Shown piece after piece: positions 58,956 through 64,000 of a stretch of 64,000 bases of DNA (positions within the stretch are counted from its first letter, which is position 1; each line of letters starts with the position of its first letter). This stretch comes from an uncultured Campylobacter sp. (GTDB taxonomy: Bacteria > Campylobacterota > Campylobacteria > Campylobacterales > Campylobacteraceae). The DNA is taken from the NCBI GenBank assembly GCA_963530195.1, contig CAUSCW010000004.1:5937-69936 (forward strand). The letters are read 5' to 3'. A program made the position numbers and the translations under genes. The notes below the pieces were generated by a model, which did not search any database, had not been told where the DNA came from, and saw nothing but the letters and a program-made list of their open reading frames with translations.

Positions 58956-60092
58956 ATGACGAAAAGAAAAATTTTGATAGTATTTGGAACGCGCCCGGAA
59001 GCCATTAAGATGGCTCTGTTGATAAAGGAATTTCAAAAGCACGCAGAATTTGAAGTGAAGGTTTGCGTTACGGCACAGCACAGACAGATGCTTGATCAGG
59101 TGCTTGAATTTTTTGAGATCAAGCCGGATTTTGATCTAAATTTAATGAAGCAAGGGCAGGATCTGTACGATATTACGTCTGGTGTTTTGCTTGGTATGCG
59201 CGATGTATTTAGCGAATATACCCCAGACATCGTGTTTGTGCATGGAGATACTACTACTACTTATGCCGTTTCTTTAGCGGCGTATTATCAAAAGATAGAC
59301 GTGGCACATGTCGAAGCTGGACTTAGGACGCATAATATCTATTCACCGTTTCCTGAAGAGATAAATAGGCAGATGACGGGGCTCATAGCTAAATATCACT
59401 TCGCACCGACCACCGATGCAAGAGACAATCTCTTAAAAGAAGGCAAAGATTCAAAAAATATAGTTGTTAGTGGCAACACCGTTATAGACGCGCTTTTGTG
59501 GACGATAGACAAAATCGAAAACAACGAGCTGCTAAAAAATAAAATTTTATCCTTTATAAATTCCAAATATAAGCTTAGTGATAGAAAATTTATTCTCGTT
59601 ACAGGACACAGACGAGAAAATTTCGGAGAAGGCTTTGTTAATATTTGTGAGGCTTTACGTGAAATAGCGCTAAAAAATGAAAATATCGACATCGTTTACC
59701 CCGTGCATTTAAATCCAAATGTAAGAAAGCCTGTGGGAGAAATTTTATCGGGCATTTCGAATATATTTTTAATCGATCCGCTAGAGTATGATAGTTTCGT
59801 CTATCTTATGAGCAAGTCATATATGATAGTAACAGATAGCGGCGGCATCCAAGAGGAGGCGCCGAGCCTGTGCAAGCCCGTTTTAGTTATCAGAGAAACT
59901 ACCGAAAGACCTGAAGGGATAAGAGCAGGATGTGTGAAGCTTATCGGCACCAAGCGCGAAAATATCATAAAAGAGGTGCAAAAATTATTAAATTTAAAAG
60001 ATGAATATGATAAAATGAGCAAAAGTGCAAGCCCATATGGTGACGGTAAAGCTTGTAAAAAAATACTGGAATTTTTAAAAGGAATATTGTGA
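58956..60092 (+). CDS. wecB: UDP-N-acetylglucosamine 2-epimerase (non-hydrolysing)
   Basis: GTRPEAIK, HGDTTT, HVEAGLR, HRREN, DSGGIQEEA. Confidence 0.95.
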   Translation: MTKRKILIVFGTRPEAIKMALLIKEFQKHAEFEVKVCVTAQHRQMLDQVLEFFEIKPDFDLNLMKQGQDLYDITSGVLLGMRDVFSEYTPDIVFVHGDTTTTYAVSLAAYYQKIDVAHVEAGLRTHNIYSPFPEEINRQMTGLIAKYHFAPTTDARDNLLKEGKDSKNIVVSGNTVIDALLWTIDKIENNELLKNKILSFINSKYKLSDRKFILVTGHRRENFGEGFVNICEALREIALKNENIDIVYPVHLNPNVRKPVGEILSGISNIFLIDPLEYDSFVYLMSKSYMIVTDSGGIQEEAPSLCKPVLVIRETTERPEGIRAGCVKLIGTKRENIIKEVQKLLNLKDEYDKMSKSASPYGDGKACKKILEFLKGIL

Positions 60093-61288
60093 AAAAAGTT
60101 TGCATCTTGGGTCTTGGATATATAGGGTTGCCGACGGCGGCGCTTTTGGCAAATAGAGGGTATAAAATCCATGGCGTTGATGTGGTGCAGAGCGTCGTAG
60201 ATACGATCAATGAGGGTAAAATTCATATCATCGAGCCAGAACTTGACGTATTTGTTAAAAAAGCAGTGCAGAGCGGAAATTTAAAAGCAGACGTTAAGCC
60301 CGATTTTGCAGACATTTTTATTATAGCTGTTCCGACGCCGTTTCGAGACGGATACGTGCCAAATATCGATTATGTCATAAGTGCGGCAAAATCTATAATA
60401 CCATACGTAAAAAACGATAATATGGTCGTTTTAGAATCCACTTCACCAGTAGGTACTACCGAAAAGATAGGCGAAATTTTAAAAAATGGCGGTGTTGATA
60501 TTTCTAAAATTTATATCGCTCATTGCCCTGAGAGAGTTTTGCCCGGTAAAATTTTGAAAGAACTCACCCAAAATGATAGGATCGTGGGCGGAACTACAAA
60601 AATTGCTACTAAAAAAATAGCGGAATTTTACGCAGAATTCGTAGAAGGCGAAGTTTTACAGACTGACTCGAAAACCGCAGAGATGTCGAAACTGACCGAA
60701 AATTCCTTTCGCGACGTAAACATAGCCTTTGCAAACGAACTTAGCATTTTGTGCAATAAATTCGGCATTAACGTCTGGGAACTCATTTCACTAGCAAACC
60801 GCCATCCGCGAGTTAATATTTTAAGCCCGGGCTGCGGCGTAGGTGGGCACTGCATAGCGGTCGATCCATGGTTTATAGTGCATGCGGGCGGCTACGAAGC
60901 GAGGCTGATCAAATCCGCAAGAGAGGTCAATGATCACAAAGCTGAATGGTGTATAGAAAAGATCAAAAACGCCGCTTTGAAATTTGAGCTGCAAAACGGC
61001 AGAAAGCCTAAAGTCGCGTGCATGGGGCTTGCTTTTAAGCCGGACATCGACGATTTGCGGGAGTCGCCTGCGCTAAATATAACCAGACGCCTGATCGCAG
61101 ACGGCGTAGATGTGGTCGCCGTAGAGCCCAATATCAAGGCTCACAAAGATTTTGAGATAGTGGATTATAAAAAGGCTATCGAAATTTCGGATATTATCGT
61201 ATTTTTGGTCGGACATAAGGAATTTAAAGGGCTAAAAATAGAAAAAGAAGTTTTGGATTTTTGCGGCGTGCGAAATACTAATATTTAA
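60089..61288 (+). CDS. wecC: UDP-N-acetyl-D-mannosamine dehydrogenase
   Basis: GLGYIGLP, CPERVLPG, GGHCIAVDPWF, DDLRESPA. Confidence 0.92.
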   Translation: MKKVCILGLGYIGLPTAALLANRGYKIHGVDVVQSVVDTINEGKIHIIEPELDVFVKKAVQSGNLKADVKPDFADIFIIAVPTPFRDGYVPNIDYVISAAKSIIPYVKNDNMVVLESTSPVGTTEKIGEILKNGGVDISKIYIAHCPERVLPGKILKELTQNDRIVGGTTKIATKKIAEFYAEFVEGEVLQTDSKTAEMSKLTENSFRDVNIAFANELSILCNKFGINVWELISLANRHPRVNILSPGCGVGGHCIAVDPWFIVHAGGYEARLIKSAREVNDHKAEWCIEKIKNAALKFELQNGRKPKVACMGLAFKPDIDDLRESPALNITRRLIADGVDVVAVEPNIKAHKDFEIVDYKKAIEISDIIVFLVGHKEFKGLKIEKEVLDFCGVRNTNI

Positions 61289-61307
61289 TATTTTTCAAGG
61301 TAGATTA

Positions 61308-63437
61308 ATGTTACAAGCAATAGTTAAAAAAGGTAAGGTTTTAGCAGAGCAGATCCCTGCTCCAAGCGTTTCAAGGGGATGCGTTCTTATAAAAGTAGTA
61401 AATAGCTGCATATCGGCGGGCACCGAGATAAGTGGCGTATCAAATAGCGGCAAGAGTCTGATTAGAAGGGCTTTAGAGCAGCCGGAGAATGTAAAAAAAG
61501 TCATCAATATGGTGAAATCCGATGGCATAGCCAGCGTCTACGCGAAGGTAAAGGGCAAGCTTGATAGCGGAAGCCCGACCGGCTATTCGCTTAGCGGCGT
61601 CGTCATAGCAGTCGGAGAGGGCGTTTCAAATTTTGAAGTCGGAGAGCGCGTTGCCGCAGCCGGTGCAGGGCTTGCAAACCACGCAGAATACGTAGACGTG
61701 CCAAAAAATTTAGTTATGAAAATGCCCCAGGATATGGACTTTGAGCGAGCTTGCACCGTGACGCTCGGCGGCATAGCGATGCAGGGCGTTAGGCGGATCG
61801 ATCTAAGGCTTGGCGAGACCTGCGTAGTGGTGGGGGCTGGGATTTTAGGGCTTCTTGCGGTGCAGATGCTTAAAATTTCAGGCGTTAGGGTTGCGGTTAG
61901 CGATTTTGACGATAGGCGCTTACAGATAGCAAAGGAATACGGCGCCGAGCTCGTTATAAACCCGTCAAAAGACGATTTGTTAGACGTCGTTTCATCTTGG
62001 AGCGGCGGATACGGCGCCGATGGCGTGCTATTTACCGCCGCTACGAATAGTAGCGAGCCGCTATCTCAAAGCTTTCAGATGTGCAAGAAAAAGGGCAGAG
62101 TGGTGCTCGTAGGCGTTGCCGGCATGCAGATCAATAGAGAGGATATGTATAAAAAGGAGCTCGATTTTCTCATCTCCACCTCTTATGGTCCTGGTCGCTA
62201 CGACAAGAGCTACGAAGAGCAGGGACTTGATTATCCGTTTAGCTACGTCAGATGGACTGAAAATCGAAATATGAGCGAGTATCTAAGGCTGGTAAATGAA
62301 AATTTGATAAAGCTGGATAAGCTCATAGACGCAAAATATCCTATCGAGCAGGTAAAGGAGGCGTTTGAGTCGCTGCAGACTTCGCAGAATAAGCCGCTTA
62401 TGGTTTTGCTTGACTACGGCGAGGCAAATTTAACCGAGCTTGATAACTATCTAAATCACGATAAAAAAATCATTATAAATTCTATACCCGTAAACAGAGA
62501 TGTGATAAACGTCGCATTCGTAGGCGTCGGTGGATTTGCTACCGGTATGCACCTGCCTAATATCTCAAAGCTTACGGATAAGTATAAAATTTACGCGATA
62601 ATGAACCGAAGCGGACATAAGGCAAAGGCGGTGGCACAGCAATACGGAGCGAACTACGCTACTTCAAATTTAGACGATATCTTAAATGACAAAAACGTTG
62701 ATCTGGTGATCATCTCCACAAGGCACGATAGCCATGCGGAGCTTACTTTAAAGGCGCTTGAAGCGGATAAAAACGTATTTGTAGAAAAGCCGCTTGCGAC
62801 AAACAAAGAGGAGCTTGAAAAGATAAAGAAATTTTACGAGGGGGGAGGCGATAAGCCCCTTTTATTCGTGGGATTTAACAGGCGATTTAGCGCTTACGCG
62901 CAGGAGATAAAAAAGCATACGAGCGATAGAATAAATCCGATGATAATCAGATATAGGATGAATGCGGGCTGCATACCGATGGATCACTGGGTGCATGAAA
63001 ACGGTGGCAGGATGGTAGGCGAAGCGTGCCACATAATAGATCTGATGACGGCGCTAACGGGAAGCGAGATACAGAGCGTATTTTCGCAGTCCATCACGCC
63101 GAGTAATGAAAAATATAGCGCCGAGGATAATAAATCTATCGTCTTAAAATACAAAGATGGCTCGGTGGCAAATATCGAGTATTTCGCAAATGGCAGCAAG
63201 GAGCTAAGCAAGGAATTTATGGAGATCCACTTCGACGGCAAGAGCATCGTTTTAGACGATTATAAAAGCCTAAAAGGATATGGAGTGGGGGTGAAAGAAA
63301 TTTCAACGAACGTAAGCCAAAAGGGACAGCCAGAAGAGCTCGAGGCACTATTTGAGGCTCTAAAAGGAAGCAAAAAAGGCTGGCCGATAGAGCTTTGGGA
63401 TATGGTGCAGACGACGGAGATTTCGTTTTTGATATGA
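61308..63437 (+). CDS. Bi-domain oxidoreductase (Zn-ADH/MDR-like + Gfo/Idh/MocA)
   Basis: SCISAGTE, GAGILG, SYGPGRYD; second domain VGVGGFA, EKP, GEACH. Confidence 0.88.
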   Translation: MLQAIVKKGKVLAEQIPAPSVSRGCVLIKVVNSCISAGTEISGVSNSGKSLIRRALEQPENVKKVINMVKSDGIASVYAKVKGKLDSGSPTGYSLSGVVIAVGEGVSNFEVGERVAAAGAGLANHAEYVDVPKNLVMKMPQDMDFERACTVTLGGIAMQGVRRIDLRLGETCVVVGAGILGLLAVQMLKISGVRVAVSDFDDRRLQIAKEYGAELVINPSKDDLLDVVSSWSGGYGADGVLFTAATNSSEPLSQSFQMCKKKGRVVLVGVAGMQINREDMYKKELDFLISTSYGPGRYDKSYEEQGLDYPFSYVRWTENRNMSEYLRLVNENLIKLDKLIDAKYPIEQVKEAFESLQTSQNKPLMVLLDYGEANLTELDNYLNHDKKIIINSIPVNRDVINVAFVGVGGFATGMHLPNISKLTDKYKIYAIMNRSGHKAKAVAQQYGANYATSNLDDILNDKNVDLVIISTRHDSHAELTLKALEADKNVFVEKPLATNKEELEKIKKFYEGGGDKPLLFVGFNRRFSAYAQEIKKHTSDRINPMIIRYRMNAGCIPMDHWVHENGGRMVGEACHIIDLMTALTGSEIQSVFSQSITPSNEKYSAEDNKSIVLKYKDGSVANIEYFANGSKELSKEFMEIHFDGKSIVLDDYKSLKGYGVGVKEISTNVSQKGQPEELEALFEALKGSKKGWPIELWDMVQTTEISFLI

Positions 63438-64000
63438 GTTCGTTAGTGCAAGATAGGCTTAAAAAATATGATAAAATTTTAATAATCGGACCGTATCCGC
63501 CTCCTCTTGGCGGAGTGTCGGTTTATATTTATAGACTTAGTAAATCGCTAGATAATTCGCAAGTATTTGATGTATCCAAGAATGGTTTTAAAAAATATAT
63601 CGATTTATTTGCAGTATTGTGCAGGACAAAATTTCGAGCCGTAAATATTCACTCGTTTAGTATGACGATAGTTTTTGTGCTCATGATTACTAGACTTTTT
63701 AAAAATTTTGATTTAATTGCTACTAGCCATAATCCAAGGTTGTTTGAAGAGTCTTCTAAATTTAAGGCGTTGATTTATAGAGTCTTTTTTCATTGCATAG
63801 ATGTTTTGGTGGTAGTTAATAAGCATATTTTAGACGATTACAAAAGTAGAGATTTGCATATTCCAAAAAGTATTATAATCGAGCATGCTTTTTTGCCGCC
63901 GCCGTTAGAGGAGGAAGATAAAATTTTAGCTACCTACCCTAGCTCTTTTTACGATTTTATAAAAAGTAAGACGCGAATAATAACGGCAAATGCATTTCAA
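63434..64000 (+). CDS. Glycosyltransferase family 4-like protein, truncated by the window end
   Basis: ATG 63434 overlaps the upstream stop; KILIIGPYPPPLGGVSVYIYRL; open to the end. Confidence 0.75.
   Translation, partial: MSSLVQDRLKKYDKILIIGPYPPPLGGVSVYIYRLSKSLDNSQVFDVSKNGFKKYIDLFAVLCRTKFRAVNIHSFSMTIVFVLMITRLFKNFDLIATSHNPRLFEESSKFKALIYRVFFHCIDVLVVVNKHILDDYKSRDLHIPKSIIIEHAFLPPPLEEEDKILATYPSSFYDFIKSKTRIITANAFQ

Noticed and set aside
58171..62845. Poly-G runs at 58171 and 62840 as phase-variation tracts
   Set aside because: Only 6 G each, shorter than typical Campylobacter contingency tracts
52420..63340. Scattered non-consensus residues in RfbG, WecB and the oxidoreductase as signs of decay
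   Set aside because: Frames and catalytic motifs are intact; cannot be judged without alignments

Overview
A Campylobacter chromosome segment. Gene order and the very high density of AAATTT/GCGC words suggest a C. gracilis-like oral species (inference). Left end: an AT-rich retron not in the ORF track because it runs off the window. It has an Ec67/Eco2-type RT-TOPRIM fusion (<1-1468, minus) and a complete ~115-nt msr-msd RNA (1492-1605), next to a decayed fhs fragment. From 2.9 to 13.6 kb are accessory and metabolic genes, including a single-ORF epsilon-antitoxin/zeta-toxin fusion resembling gonococcal ng_epsilon1/ng_zeta1 (10555-11568). From 13.6 to 46 kb is a housekeeping block: envC-ftsXE-trmB-Fn3-rluD, rodA, amiA, tyrS-spoT-rpoZ-pyrH, lnt, yajC-secDF, leuS-lptE-folC, mfd. 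Several of these conserved enzymes carry 130-330 aa in-frame low-complexity inserts built on periodic RAATTY DNA words, read in different frames in different genes. From 46 to 64 kb is a low-GC surface-glycan locus: two GT-C paralogs sharing a 256-bp identical block, gtrA/gtrB-like genes, a CDP-3,6-dideoxy/branched-sugar pathway, wecB-wecC, a two-domain oxidoreductase and a truncated GT4. No tRNA, rRNA, CRISPR array or transposase was recognised. All family calls come from motif recognition and recalled sequences, not from database searches.
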